Shown: piece after piece, positions 11,238-25,064 of the stretch
How the letters are laid out: each line of letters opens with the position of its first letter
Numbering within the stretch: the first letter of the stretch is position 1
DNA from: Felis catus
Taxonomy: Eukaryota
Direction: 5' to 3'
DNA: 64,000 bases
Assembly: GCF_018350175.1 (NCBI RefSeq)
Contig: NC_058368.1
Span: 111,292,001 to 111,356,000 of the forward strand
The notes under the pieces: model-generated
What the model saw: only the letters and a program-made list of their open reading frames with translations
The model's database searches: none
Told to the model about the DNA's origin: nothing
Program-made: the position numbers and the translations under genes

Positions 11238-14200
11238 ATGAAAGAAACTGAATTGTCTAATGTTAAGTCTGCACGTTTTAACTTATAAGAGCTGAATAAG
11301 GTAGCCAATTTTATCTTGTTGAGTATCTTAATTTTTACTTCAGCCTAAATATGGAGTAATAGAGGAAGTGATTAACATTCATACATGTGAACTTAGAAGG
11401 TATTTATGAGGATATTTATTTTAATTTTTACTTATGAAAATTTTTTTATTACCAAACTCAGAATTGGAAATTTTCACTTTTGAGTTTTCATTTTCTACAA
11501 CTAAGGTTTTAAAGCAAACTAGAACAGCATGATTAGTATGTATAAAAATGAAATTTGAAAATTGACTGCGGTATGCAACCCACTATCATAGATACCCTTT
11601 TAACTAACTTGGTAACTCATATTTGGAAGGTTATAAAACATTAGGTGTTAATTTTGCTTGTTATCACATTTCCTTAAAGATTTTTGTATGGTCTATTTGA
11701 TTAATCCTTGTGAAAGGATATATATTAATTAAAAGCATATATATCTTTTTTTCAAAAAAAAAGTTTTATTTATTTAAGTAATCACTATGTCCAGTGTGGG
11801 GCTTGAGCTCATGACTTCAAGATCAAGAGTTGCACGCCCCTCTGACTCAGGCACCGCTAAAAAATACACTTTTTTTTTTCATTACTCCCAAAGTCTTCAT
11901 TTTTTGTCATTTTACTTTGAACTAGAATAATAGAGAATAAGTATAGTAATTTAAGTGTATCCCCTGACTTAGGATAAGATGATGAGCACATGTTCTTCCT
12001 GATTCCATAATGAATCTAGAATCAAGAAGATTAAAAAGCATCCTCGGATTTGTCATCTTCCTCCCAATCCCTAGGAAGACACTAGTGGTCTTCAATTGTA
12101 CGTGTTAACTTCTTTTGTGTCTTTTAAAAAAAAAAAAAAAGCCCCATTCAGTCGGTTGACACATGCCAAGCTTTAATAATTATAGATCATTATCAAATTT
12201 ATTTCAGAGGGAAGAGTTGGCTATAAGATGTCTGTGTCTGTTAGTGCCATTTTTTTTATTCAGCCAGTTGGCATCTCCCTTACTATTTGCTTAAGTTTGT
12301 TGAGTAGTGTCAAACAGAAATGGTAGTTTCTTAGTGTTGGGAATCATGAAGAATTTTTTACTTCAGAAATTTCAAGGACTCGAAATGTATATGAGTAAGA
12401 ACTAGATGGAAAAGTGACATCTTCGACCAGATTAGTTGTATAAATGGATGTGTGTCACCACCATTGGTCCTAAAAACAATAAGAGGGTTATGAGACACTT
12501 AGAGATGGTTAATTAGGTGTGCCTGGCTGGCTCAGTCAGAGGAACATGTGACTCATGGTCTTGGGGTTGTGAGTTCGAGCCCCATGTTGGGTGTAGAGAT
12601 TACTTAAAACTATTACTTACGATACTTAAAAAAATGAACTTAGAATCAAAATCTGTTTGGGAAGCCAGTGCATTTTGTTAAAAGTGATGTATTGGAGACA
12701 TACTGGACTATAATTACTTCTTTTACCTGTCCTAATAGTTAAAAGAATTTTTTCTGGGACATAGAATTGCTTTGAACTTAACGTAAACATATTGTGAACT
12801 TAAAAAGGCCATCAGAATTGTCACATGATTATATTCTCTTAAAGGGGATTTAGAAATGCATTATCTTGAAAAGAGCTCTGGGCTGGGTATCAGATGCATG
12901 GGTTCTGGTTCCAGTTTAGATTCCAAAAAGATTAGTGACCTAGGATTAAGTTTGTTTCCTGAGTCTCCGTTTTCTCACTTAAAATCAAGAAATTCAAGTA
13001 TATGATTTAAAAAATCTGTTCCAGCTGTAACATTAACTTCTGCATGGCCTCATCCAGTTTCATGGCTTCAAATACCCCATTAGTAAATGCTTATGACCCC
13101 TATCTCTCAGACAACCTCTACTTCTCCCTTGAACTCTACACTCATGTATCCCCTAATGTGGCCATTACCTCCTGGATGTCTAGTAGGCATCTCCAACATG
13201 TTACTGTAGCAGATCACTGATTTCCTCTCCTTCCCCTGCCAAATCTGCTTCAATGCCTTTCTTGTTTCTGTAAGTTCACCACGACCCACAGTAGTTCTGT
13301 TCAAAACCCGAGAGTCCTCTTTTTTTTAAATTTTTATTTTGAGAGAGGAGGGGAGGAGAGAATCCCAAGCAGGTTCCATGTTCTTGCAGAGCCCATCATG
13401 GGACTCCATCCAAGTGTGAGATCATGACCTGAGCCGGTATCAAGAGTTGGACACTTAACCGACTGAGCCACCTAGGCACCTCCTGAAAGTCCTCTTTATG
13501 CCTTCCTTTCCCTCACAGTTCACGTCCACTTTATCAGTTAGTGTTTGGAGAGCTGCCTCAAATACATCCAGGATCTGACCCCTTCTCAGGGTTTCCATGT
13601 TTAAGTCACTAGTGGTTTTCTGTTTTTCCTAGACTTAAACCCACACTTGTTACCCACATACAAGCAATGTAGAGTGGCTGGAATACCTGCTGAAACCAAG
13701 AGTCGGATGCTTAATGGACTGAGCCACCCAGGTGCACCTAAATATGCAAGTTTAAAGTTTACAGTTCCGGGGTGCTTGGGTGGCTCAGTCGGTCGTGTCT
13801 GCTTCTGATCTCACAGTTCATGACTTGGAGCCCCACATCAAGCTCTCCGCTGTCAATGTGGAGCCCTGCTTCAGATCCTCTGTCTTCCTCTCTCTGCCCT
13901 TCCCTGTGTGCGCTCTCTCTTAAAAATAAAATAAAATAAGGGTGGCTGGGTGGCTCAGTTGGTTAAGCACCTGACTCTTGATTTTGGCTCAAGTCATGAT
14001 CTCAGGTTTGTGGGACTGAGTCCCCTGTTGGGCTCTGCACTGGCAGTGTGGAGCCTGCTTGGGATTCTCTGTCTCTTTCTGCTCCTCCTGCACTGGCACT
14101 GTCTCTGTCTCTCTCAAAATAAATAAACTTCAAAATAAAATAAAAAATAAGGTTTACAGTTCAATGAGTTTTGACAAATGTATACATCCATGCGTCAACA

Positions 14201-14919
14201 GCCACAGTCACAATCTAGAATTTTTCTGTCATCTTTAGGTATAAGAAAGTAGAAAAGTAAAGAGGCACGTAAACTATAAGAGCCTCTCTCCAACTTTAGC
14301 ATTACAGCTTTCTGCTAAAACAGTGCTTATGCTAGCTAGGTGAGTCATTCTCAACCTTGAGCGTGCTTCAGAATCACTAAAGAAGCTCAAAAATGCACAA
14401 GAAGCACTCTAGACCAATTAAATCAGAATTTAGGTATGGTATTCATGCATCCACGTATTTTTTTTTTTTTTTAAGATTTTATTTTTAAGTAATCTCTATG
14501 CCCAATATGGGCTCCAACTCACAACCTGGAGATCAAGAGCCACATGCTCCACCCAGTGAGCCAGCCAGGTGCCCCATTCATGTATTTTTTTTTAAAACTT
14601 CCAAGCTCAGGCGATATTGAGAACCACTATAATCTTACAAATAGATTTTTAGCTCTCATCCTCTTCTCCACCAACTTAATTCCTCAGTCTTCACATCTTA
14701 CTTCAAAGGTCACATCTTCAGGGATCTCTTTTTGAACCCCTCTCCTTTGCTGTAATCTCTTTCTTATATCTACTTGTGGTTTTAGTTATGTCTGTATCCA
14801 CTATATTGTAAGCTCCTCGGATCTAGGACATACAGCACGCATAACAATACATACAAATGAATGTATAAATGAATCTGTGAATGGAGATGTTTGTACCATC
14901 ACTTAGCGCAGGTTAAGAG

Positions 14920-15740
14920 GGACGGCAGTACAAGTCCTGGGACAACTGGGGGATGCCTATGGCGTCTCGGTGGCCCTTGCAGGAAAGACCCTCCCAGGGC
15001 CTGCAAAACCAAGGAGACTTCTTTACCTCACGAACTTTCCGAGGCTTGCAGGGAAAACCCGGCAAAGGACGCGTCTTGCGGCGCGGCCAGCGTTGTGCGG
15101 CCTCCAGCCGAAAGGAGTCGCTGTGGAGAGATAGCAGCTTCCGGCCCGCTTTTCCCTTCTCTCTGCCACCGGCGCCAGCACGTCCTGTTTTCGTTGGCTG
15201 CTCTCGGATGGCTGCCACCGCTGGAGCTGCTGCTGTCTCTTAGTGCTGCTCCTCGCTCGGCTGGCTGAGGGCGGCGCGGCCTCTTCTTTTGTCCGGTTAC
15301 CCTGCGCATTGTCCCGAAGGGTGCCGCTTTTCCCGCGGCCGGCAGCATGGGCCGGGAGTCACGGTGAGGCGGCGCGCTGAGAGGGCGAGCGGGCGGGCGG
15401 TTTCCTTGAAGTGGGGTAAAGAGGCGGGAGTTGAGGTGCCAGCGGGGCCAGGCCTGACCCCGGGCGGCCCCACGTGCGGCCAGCGCTGACCTCGGCCACT
15501 AGAGGGGCTGGGGGACCCCGGCCGAGGCAGTGGCTGTATTTGGGGCGGTGACGGCCACGGGGTTCCCAGCACTGCCTTCGCCGGTTCCATCCCCTGGAGT
15601 GGGACCACCCCTCCAGGGCGTCAGTGATTGGGCACCACATCCCGCCATTTCCATGGAGCCCACCGTGATCGGTCTGGCAGCAGTGATCCCAGTTGAATTT
15701 CTTGCAGTTCGCATTTGCCACGTTTGCTTGGCGCCTGTTG
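14920..15740 (+). promoter_or_regulatory. CpG-island promoter / first exon region of DDX46
   Basis: CpG-dense; ETS-like cttccgg ~15138, YY1-like gatggctgcc ~15207, GC boxes; surrounds the ATG at 15347. Confidence 0.82.
15347..15363 (+). CDS. DDX46: DDX46 (DEAD-box helicase 46 / Prp5) coding exon 1
   Basis: agcATGG Kozak; MGRES(R); donor ACG|gtgagg; 17 nt, joins exon 2 in frame. Confidence 0.93.
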
Positions 15741-17729
15741 CTGCCTATTTTAGTTCTTTGTGTGGTATTTTCCCAAGTCAGTTGAAAGGAGCGTGGAGAC
15801 CAATATTTTTACATCACCTACAACATTGTACATGACTAGGCTTTTAGTGGGCTACGGTAATTGTTGCATGGAGATTTGTTTTGCAGATAGATTTCATATT
15901 TCTTTGTTACGTGTTTTTCTGTCCTTTTAAAGCTGTGCATTGGGAGGTCTTACTAGAATTAGGATATCTCTTCAAAACTTTAGATTGTTACCTGGTTTGG
16001 GACCTTGAGGTTTTTATCTCAGCGATGAGTATTTATTTGCTTTGTATTTAGCAGTTACTAAAAGATCCTTTTTATCTGGGATAAAAATAATAGTTTATTT
16101 TTTGTTAAAATTGTTTAATGTTTATTCATTTTTTGAGAGACAGAGTGCAAGTGGGGGAGGGGCCTAGAGGGAGGGAGACACAGAACTCAAAGCAGGCTCC
16201 AGGCTCTGAACTGTCAGCACAGAGCCCAACTGCGTGGCTGGAACTCATGAACTGTGAGATGATGACCTGAACTGAAGTTGGAGGCTTAACTGACTGAGCC
16301 ACCCAGTTGACCCTTAATAGTTTATTGACATATAATTAACATTCAGGGAAATAGACAACGCTTAAGGGTAGAGCTTGCTGAAATTTAGCAAATCCATAAA
16401 CTGTGGAAACATCACCCGGATAAAGATAAAGAATATTTCTACATCTGCACAAAATTCCTGGGGCGTCTTTTAAATCTTCTTGAAGGCATTGGCTGTTCAT
16501 TTGGCTACCCAGAGCAGAAACCTGCAAGTGTACTTATTTGATTCATTTTTCTCTCTTAACTGTCTCAACCCAATACGATTCTATATCCTCTCTCCATTCC
16601 TGCTCTCTATGACTTAATTCAGACCTAATTATTTAGTGCTCAGACTGCTACACTTGCCTCAAATTGATTATTTTCCTGTGATCTTGCCCTTCTAATAGAT
16701 TCCTCACACTGCAGCCAGAGTGAGATTATGTCATTCCTCTCTTTTTGTCTGTTTTGGTTCTTTCAAGATGAAGTCACACTCTTCAGCCCGCCTTCAGGGC
16801 CCTTCACAATTAAGTCTCTTCCAGCCCTTTAGCCTTCTTCCCTGGCTTGTTTTCTAGGTTAGTTTAGGGACTGATGAAAGGTTCAGAGATGGGAAGATCA
16901 GGTGTTAGAGAAATAAGTGAAGAGCCCAGTTTGCCTGCATATGTAGGTGTCATGAAAGGTTGAAGAAAAGTGGTAGGAGGTAGGTTCTGAAATGGAGTTG
17001 GGTCCAGAATGTGGGTGGATAGTAGATTTAGTTTCGAAGTTAAGATTTTAATTGAGAGCCTTTGAAGATTTTAAGAAATGAGTGTGTATGTTTATAATGT
17101 GGTCAGAATTCTGCTTTATGAAGATTACCTTAGCAGCAATGAGTAAAACAGATTTAAGGGAAAAGAGGGTAGAAGCAAGAAGATTTCTAAAGGTCTTCTA
17201 AAATGCCGTAACTACATAACTTTGATATGGAGTCATGACAGAACTCTGAGGAGGTGATAAAATTGAAAAGAATCACAGAGGTGAAATTGGTGATATTTGG
17301 TGTTTTATTGGTTGTGTAGAATGAGATATTGAAGATAATTGATACTTTGAGCCTACTGACTGAAAATTGGGATGACAAATAGTTTGGGGAGGGAAAGGCA
17401 GTAAGTTTGAGTTTCTAGGGGCACCTGGGTGGCTCAGTCAGTTAAGCGTCCAACTTCAGCTCAGGTCATGATGATCTCAATGGTCTGTGGGTTCGAACCC
17501 TGCATCGGGCTCTGTGCTGACAGCTCAGAGCCTGGAGCCTACTTACGATTTTGTGTCTCCCCCTCTCTCTGAGCATCCCCTGCTCATGCTATCTGTCTGT
17601 CTCTCTCAAAAATAAATAAACATTAAAAAATAAGCTTGGGTTTCTACACATTTAATTTCACGTGCTTAAAGGATAATGAGGTATACTCATTCCCTAGCCA
17701 TCTTATCCACGTTTATTGCTTTAAGTAGC

Positions 17730-18808
17730 CTTTGTACACTGATGTCTCCCTTGGTGAACCCTGGACTCATATTTTCAACTACCTCCTCTACATCTCCATG
17801 TGAATGCCTAATATCCTGATTTCCCACTCTCCCCCCACATCTACTCCTCCTCAAGCTTCCTATCTTAGTACGCAGCAACTTTGTCTTTCTGCTTGGTCCG
17901 CGCAAGTATCTCAGCAACACTCGTGACTTCTCCCTTGCTGTCCCACTTGACATTGAATTAGTCCTTAAATACAATCAGCTCTAGCTCCATGATATCTACA
18001 TTTTGACCCTTCCTATGGCAACTCTGAACCTGACATTCTGATCCATGCCACTACTCTCTTACTTGGGTGATTGCTATAGCATTCTACCTGTTTTCCTTGC
18101 TTCTGCACTTGGCTTCCTTCAGTTTGTTCTCCCCTCAGCAGCCAAATTTTTTTTTTTTTAAGTTTATTTATTTTGAGAGGGCATGCACATATGCATTCGT
18201 TGGGGAGGGGCAGAGAGAGAGGGAGAGAGCATCCTAAGCAGTCTCCGTGCTATTGGTGCAGAGCCTGATGTGGGGCTCTAACCCAGGAATCATGAAGTCA
18301 TGACCTGAGCTGAAATCAAGAGTCGGATGCGTAGCCAACTGAGCCACCCAGGTACCTCCAGACTAATGCTTTAAAAACTGAGGTAACGTTGCTCCTGTGC
18401 TTAAAATTTTCCGGTAACCTCAACTTACTCAGATCTATAAGGCTCTACAAATCTGTGCATGTTTGGCTGCGCTACGGTATCTCTGACCTCATTTCATGGT
18501 ACTCTTTCTTGGTCATTCGGCCCTAGCCCCATCTGCCTTCCTTGCTGTTCCTTGGACACACCAGTCAAGCTTTGTCTTCAGGGTCTTTGCACTTGTGGTG
18601 CCTGAAAAGTTTCTCCCCGATATATCTACACGGTTCTTTTTACTTTTCTCAAACTTCTGAAATGTCTCTTAGCACATTTTTCTCTAGTCACCTAGTGTAA
18701 AATAGCAAACCTCCTACCTCCCATCCTCTCTTTCATCTACTCTAATCTGTTTTTCTCCATAGCACCACGTGATGGTGATGTATTGTTTATTTTTTTCTTT
18801 ACTTAACT

Positions 18809-18849
<41 letters not shown>

Positions 18850-18910
18850 AGAATGCAAGTTGCTTGGGACCCAGAGGCAGGAGTTTGATCTGTTCTTTTT
18901 ACTGTCCTTG
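17730..18910. mobile_element. L2 LINE relic interrupted by a SINE (similar L2 pieces at ~13060-13600 and ~16550-16850)
   Basis: Pyrimidine-rich L2-like phrases (ttttcaactacctcctctacatctccatgtgaatgcc; tcagggtctttgcacttgtggtgcctg; ttttctccatagcac). Confidence 0.6.
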
Positions 18911-19142
18911 TTTCCCTTTTAAGATAGTTGTTTTTTCCCTCTCTACATGGACTATAAATGAAGGAATCATTACTTCCCTCTGGTTTTAAGAATTGTAGGG
19001 GTTCCTGGCTGGCTCAGTGAGAAGAGCATGTGATTCTTGATCTCAGGGTTGTGATTTCAAGCCCCATGTTGGTTGTGGAGATTACTTAAATAAATACACT
19101 TAAAAAAAAAAGAGTTTATGTGTACAAAGTCCTTTCATTGTT

Positions 19143-19366
19143 GGGGCGCCTGGTTGGCTCAGTCGGTTGAGCGTCCGACTTCGGCTCACGTCATGATCTC
19201 GCGGTCTGTGAGTTCGAGCCCCACGTCGGGCTCTTTGCTGACAGCTCGGAGCCTGGAACCGGCTTCGGATTCTGTGTCTCCCTCTCTTTCTGCCCCTCCC
19301 CACTCATGCTCTGTCTCTCTCTCTCTCTCTGTCAAAAATAAATAAACATTAAAAAAATTTAAAAAA
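19143..19366 (+). mobile_element. Full-length felid CAN-SINE with 17-bp target-site duplication
   Basis: A/B boxes, (ct)n, A tail; TSD aaagtcctttcattgtt at 19126-19142 and 19367-19383. Confidence 0.95.
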
Positions 19367-19478
19367 AAAGTCCTTTCATTGTTTAATTTGTGTGCTGAGA
19401 TATATTGGGAAAATGTGATTAAATAAAATATACAAGCTAACTGCGTTTCCTAAACTTAATCTTGACCTTACTTTCTAG

Positions 19479-19664
19479 CCATTATCGGAAGCGGTCAGCA
19501 TCAAGGGGGCGCTCTGGAAGTCGATCTAGAAGTCGCTCACCTGACAAAAGAAGTAAACGTGGAGATGACAGGCGGTCTAGAAGCAGAGATAGAGATAGAA
19601 GGAGAGAGAGGTCTCGTAGCAGGGATAAAAGAAGATCTCGGTCAAGAGACCGGAAGCGCCTGAG
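19479..19664 (+). CDS. DDX46: DDX46 exon 2 (RS domain)
   Basis: ttctag|; HYRKRSASRGRSGSRSRSRSPDKRSKRGDD...RKRLR; GAG|gtaaga; 186 nt. Confidence 0.96.
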
Positions 19665-20254
19665 GTAAGAATTTAAAGATTCACGATAAATTGGTCTCTG
19701 TCAGCTAAATTCAGCTTCTTCAAAAGTGTGACTTGGACTGGATTTTAGTGGCCCCTTTTTAGGCACTCTGTTTTAACTCCAGCTTGTTTGATTAGGTCAA
19801 GAAGTGATTTGCCTGGAACAAAGACTTTCAAACAGTATTTTAAGTTTGGAAACGTTTGGCTCTATTTCCTGTAATCCAAAGAGAACCAAATAAATAAAAA
19901 TTAAGAAAGAAAGGGTGAGCAGTGCCCAGCTGGGATTAGTGGGTAGAGCATACAATTCTTGATTGCTGGTTTATGAGTTTTACCCTTATGTTGGGTGTGG
20001 AGCCTACTTAAAAACCAAAACCAAAACCAAACCAAAGAGAACCTTCAGAGCCCCCTGAGGGAGGTTTTAAAAGCCAGTAAAAGATAAGGTAATATGCTGT
20101 CAAGGGGGTTCTGTTCTAATTCTGTCCCAAGAATGCTGACCACTGTGTTCAGAGCAGCCACTAAAGCTGATAGGAGAAGGAAAAAGGACAGAGCTACCCA
20201 AGCCCTACTTGCTGTTTGTCACTTTAAAAAAAAAAAATTAAAAAAAAAAAAAAA

Positions 20255-20901
20255 ATTTTTTTTTTAACATTTATTTATTTTTGAGACAGAGAGAGACACA
20301 GCATGAACGGGGGAGGGGCAGAGAGAGGGAGACACAGAATCGGAAGCAGGCTCCAGGCTCTGAGCTGTCAGCCCAGAGCCCGACGCGGGGCTCGAACTCG
20401 CGGACCGCGAGATCGTGACCTGAGCTGAAGTCGGACGCTTTAACCGACTGCGCCACCCAGGTACCCCTTTTTTTTTTTTTTTTAAATAAAAAAAAAACAA
20501 TTTTAAGGATTTGTATTTTTAAGTAATCCCTACACCCATTGTGGGGCTCAAACTTACCCAAAATCATGAGTTCATTGCTCTACTGACTGAGCCATCCAGG
20601 CGCTCCCGTTTGACACAATTTTTAAAAACCATTTTATTTTTTATTTTTTATTTTTTATTTTTTATTTTTTTTATTTTTATTTAAAAAAAATTTTTTTTAA
20701 CGTTTATTTATTTTTGAGACAGAGAGAGACAGAGCACGAATGGGGGAGGGTCAGAGAGAGAGGGAGACACAGAATCTGAAACAGGCTTCAGGCTCTGAGC
20801 AGTCAGCACAGAGCCCGACGCGGGGCTCGAACTCACGGACCGCAAGATCGTGACCTGAGCCGAAGTTGGACGCTCAACCGACTGAGCCACCCAGGTGCCC
20901 C
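20255..20901 (-). mobile_element. Two young antisense CAN-SINEs (~20255-20468, ~20690-20901) with a short SINE between them
   Basis: CpG-retaining reverse-complement SINE bodies with T-rich tails. Confidence 0.92.
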
Positions 20902-22479
20902 TTAAAAACCATTTTAGATTTAAACGAAAGAACACCCTAATTTTTATTTTACGTGCTTGCATTTTCCTAGGCACGAATCAAGCAGCTATAACCTTCCTAG
21001 AGGTGAAAGACATTGTCTTTAAATAAAAATCTTCGCCACACCAAAAAAAATTTCTGATAAGTTTTTTATTAAAACAGGAAAGAAGACAGGGTTGTATAGG
21101 TGTTATGAACTAATCACAGAAAAAAAACCCTATTTTTTTCCAAACATTAGAAGGAGAACTAGCAAAGGTACTCAGGGAGAATATTCATCCTTTAGAATGC
21201 ATATGGTGCAATTTCTTCAGTTTTGTATTATGTGGTCCCAGGAACAGTTTCATATAATTCAGTCAAGTATGTGTTAAGTGAAATTGATTACTTAAGATAA
21301 TGTCTTTAACTTTTGAGAGTGAATCACGAGGTTTTAGGGGCACCTGGGTGGCTCTGTCAGTTAAGCGTCCAACTTTGGCTGGGGTCATGATTTCACAGTT
21401 CATGAGTTTGAACCCTGCATAGGGCTCTCTGCTGTCAGTGCCGAGCCTGCTTCGGATCCTCTGTCTCCCTCTCTCTCTGCCCCTCCCTGACTTGTGCTTT
21501 TTTTTCTTGCTCTTTCAAAAATAAATAAACTTAAAATAAAAAAAAAGAATCATGAGGTTTTAGAGCAAGAAGGATTTTGAGATTATGTAAGTAAAGTCTC
21601 CATATCATATAGATAAGGAAACTGAGCCACAGAGTTGATCTGCCATATGTCATGTGACTGCCAGCTCTAGAATAGAAATTTTTGTTTCCTACTCTTCATG
21701 TCTGTGATCTTCCCATAGCCCCATTGTGCCTATCCTTATACTTAGGTTTTGGCTGATTTTGGGTTTTAGATTTTCTACTATAGGCCGTAGATTTCAAAAA
21801 GCTATTATGACAGATTTGCTGTTTTTCAACAAATATCATTTTGGAATTAGTATCAGTTTTTTGTTGACCATTTGTAAGAATTGGCTTTACTTGTTCCACG
21901 TTTATTTACTAAAGTTTATTTATTTATTTTGAGAGAGAGAACCAGCAGGGGAGGGGAAGGGAGAAAGAATTGAAAGCAGGCTCCATGCTGTCATGCTGTC
22001 AGTGCAGAGCCCATTGAGGGACTTGAACTCATTAATCCAGATACCATGACCTGAGCCCAAACCAAGAGTCAGACTCTTAACAAACTGAGCTACCTAGGCG
22101 CCCTACTTGTTCCCTATCTACCTATTTATTTTTTAAATTTATTTATTTTGAGAGAGAGAAAGAGAGAGCTGGGGAGGGGCAGAGAGAGAGGGAGAGAGAA
22201 TCCTAAGCACGCTCCACACTGTCAGTGCAGAATCTGATGTGGGGCTTGAACTCACCAACTGTGAGATCATGACCTGAGCCAAAACCAAGAGGCAGACGCT
22301 TAACCAACTGAACCACCTAGGTGCCCCAATTGTTCCCTATTTATATCTGATTTGATGGTTAATTGAAATCTCAGCCTTTAGTAATGGTAATAATTAAGAA
22401 GCTCTTTCAACATGGCACAGAAACATTATCTGAAAGAATCTCTAATTGGTCATAGAATGAATGGAAAGTGTCCTTTCAG

Positions 22480-22623
22480 GCGTTCCAGAAGTAGAGAGAG
22501 AGATCGAAGTCGAGAGCGAAGAAGATCTCGAAGTCGAGACAGGAGACGCTCCAGGAGTAGAAGCCGAGGCCGGCGATCCAGATCCTCAAGTCCTGGCAAT
22601 AAAAGCAAGAAAGCTGAGAATAG
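22480..22623 (+). CDS. DDX46: DDX46 exon 3 (RS domain)
   Basis: tttcag|; RSRSRERDRSRERRRS...PGNKSKKAENR; TAG|gtaatg; 144 nt. Confidence 0.96.
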
Positions 22624-25064
22624 GTAATGTTATCATTGGACTGTATCTGTCTTGCAGGTTGGGAACTGACTCTTCACTATTCCTTTTCTCTCTTTCTTTT
22701 TTTTTTTTTTCCACTGATTTTGGCTGCTATGATGAACTATTGGTTGAATTTTAATAGGTTATAAAGCTTGTAAATTATTGGAAAATACTAGATTCGGTTG
22801 GTTTTAACACTCAATACATTGTTCTCTTTAATGTCTACTTTTAATAGGAATATATTATATAAACCTCTTCCTAGGAACTCTGGTTTTCTTTTGAGGTATG
22901 TTTTTAACATTTTTAACATTGATTTGACAGATAACTTTTTTTTTAACGTTTATTTTTGAGAGAGAGAGAGAGAGAGAGAGCGGGAGCAGAAGGGGGGGAA
23001 GAGAGAGTGGGAGAGAGAGAATCTTAAGCAGGCTCTGTGCTAACAGCTCAGGACCTGATATGGGGCTCAAACTCATGAACCTTGAGATTGTGACCTGAGC
23101 TGAAATCAAGAGTCAGATGGTTAACTGACTGAGCCACCCAAGCATCCCATTTGACAGTTTTTAAATCATGACATGTATTACTGAATTGCTGTTCAGGATG
23201 GGTGTGAACTTTGCTTGTGTTAAGTTAAATATACATGTTTCCTTAAGATGCCAGTACCATTCAATTTTGAGTTATTGGTTATGTCTTTTAGACATAATAT
23301 GTTTACTTTTTTATCCGTGTCATTTATGTTTATTCTTTATATTTCTCTTGTCAATGGTTCATTCTTTTCCTGTTTGTAAAAGTGGTGTCAAAGGATAGTC
23401 AATACATGAATTTGTGTCTGTTTTCTGTACCTTCTCCATATTAGTCGTGAGGATTTTTTTCCTGTCATTAATTTTGTTAGTTTTATTTTACTGAGGTCCA
23501 TATAATAATGTCCATTAGGACTATTTTAAGTTAAAATATAAATTTGGAAAAGTGAATGAAGTATAAATATGCAGTTTATTAAGTAATTATAAAGCAATAC
23601 TCATGTAAACACCACTAAGGTTTAGAAATACAACATTGTCAGTATCTCCAGAAGCCATCCATGTCTGTTCTCTAACCTAGCTCTTTACTACCCTAGATAA
23701 AACCATTTCTGACTTTTGTACTAGTAACTTCTTTCTATTTATTTATCATCTGTGTTTGCATCTGGAAAAAGAATAGTTTAGATTTGTATGTTTTTTTAAC
23801 TTTACCTGAATGAATCACATATTCTTTTGTATCTGTGTTGGTGATTGTTTGAGACTCATCTGTGTTACATATAACAGTAGGTCGTTTTCATTGCTGAATA
23901 CTATTCTGCGGCATAAATGTACCACTATATATCCGTTTTACTGAGGTACGTGTTTGGGTTGTTTTAACTTTTAGTTGCTTGTGAATGTTTTTTTTTTAAA
24001 GTTTATTACATTTATTTTGGGGAGAGAGAGAGAAAGAGAGCAAGTGAGGGAGGGGTGGAGAGAGAGGGAGACACAGAAGGAATCTGAAGCAGGCTCCAGT
24101 CTCTAAGCTGTCAGCACAGAGCCCGATCTGGGGCTCGAACTTGTGGACTGTGAGATCATGACCTGAGCTGAAGTTAGATGCTCAACTGACTGAACCACCC
24201 AGGTGCCCTGTGAACATTTGTATGTATGTTTCCTAGTGTACATGTGCATGAGTTTCCCTAGTCTGTATATACGAATGAATTACATGGCCATAGAATTAAC
24301 ATAGCTTCAAAAAAAAAAAAAAAAAGAATTAACATACCTTCATTTTTACTAGGTGATCCCAAATGCTTTCCAGAGGGGTTATACTAATTATACTCCCACA
24401 AACATTATGATAATTGTGTTGTCTCATACCCTTCCTAGTATTTGGTATTGTCAGTCCTTCTAATTTTTGCTAACTGGTTAGATATGTTATACCAATATCA
24501 TTGTGGTTTTAATTTGTATTTCTCTACCCGTGAGGTTGAACATCTTTTCATATGTTTGCTTGTCATTCGAATTTCTTCTTTTCTGAAGTATGTTAAAAAT
24601 CTTTTTGCTTATTTTCCTGTTGGGTTGTTTCTTTAAAAATTGATTCATAGGAAGTTTTTGTTGTTATTTTTAAATATCCTGAATGGTTGTTTACTGTCAT
24701 TTTTATGAATGGCAAATATATTCTCTTACTCTGTAGTTTGTCTTTTCACTCTGCAATGATACTTTTGATGAACAGAGACTTAAGAAAGAAGAAACATTTC
24801 TCGATTCATTTTGTGTATTGAGAAGAATGTAGATATTAAAACCTGACAAGGGCAGTGTGAGAAAATTATAGGCTATACTCATTCTAAACATAAATATTAT
24901 ATCAAATCCAACCATATGTAAAAAAAAATAATTATGACTTAGTTGGATTTATTCCAGAAATAGAAGATTAGTTTAACATTAGAAAATTTATCATTGTAAT
25001 ACTTTATATTAGTAAGAGCCAAAGTGAAAATTCTTAGTTATTTAAGTAGATTCAGAAAAGTGTT

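Noticed and set aside
14891..15835. Overlapping 66-125 aa ORFs on both strands at the DDX46 promoter (likewise 662-2297 at CAMLG)
   Set aside because: Expected from stop-codon scarcity in GC-rich CpG islands; no recognisable protein
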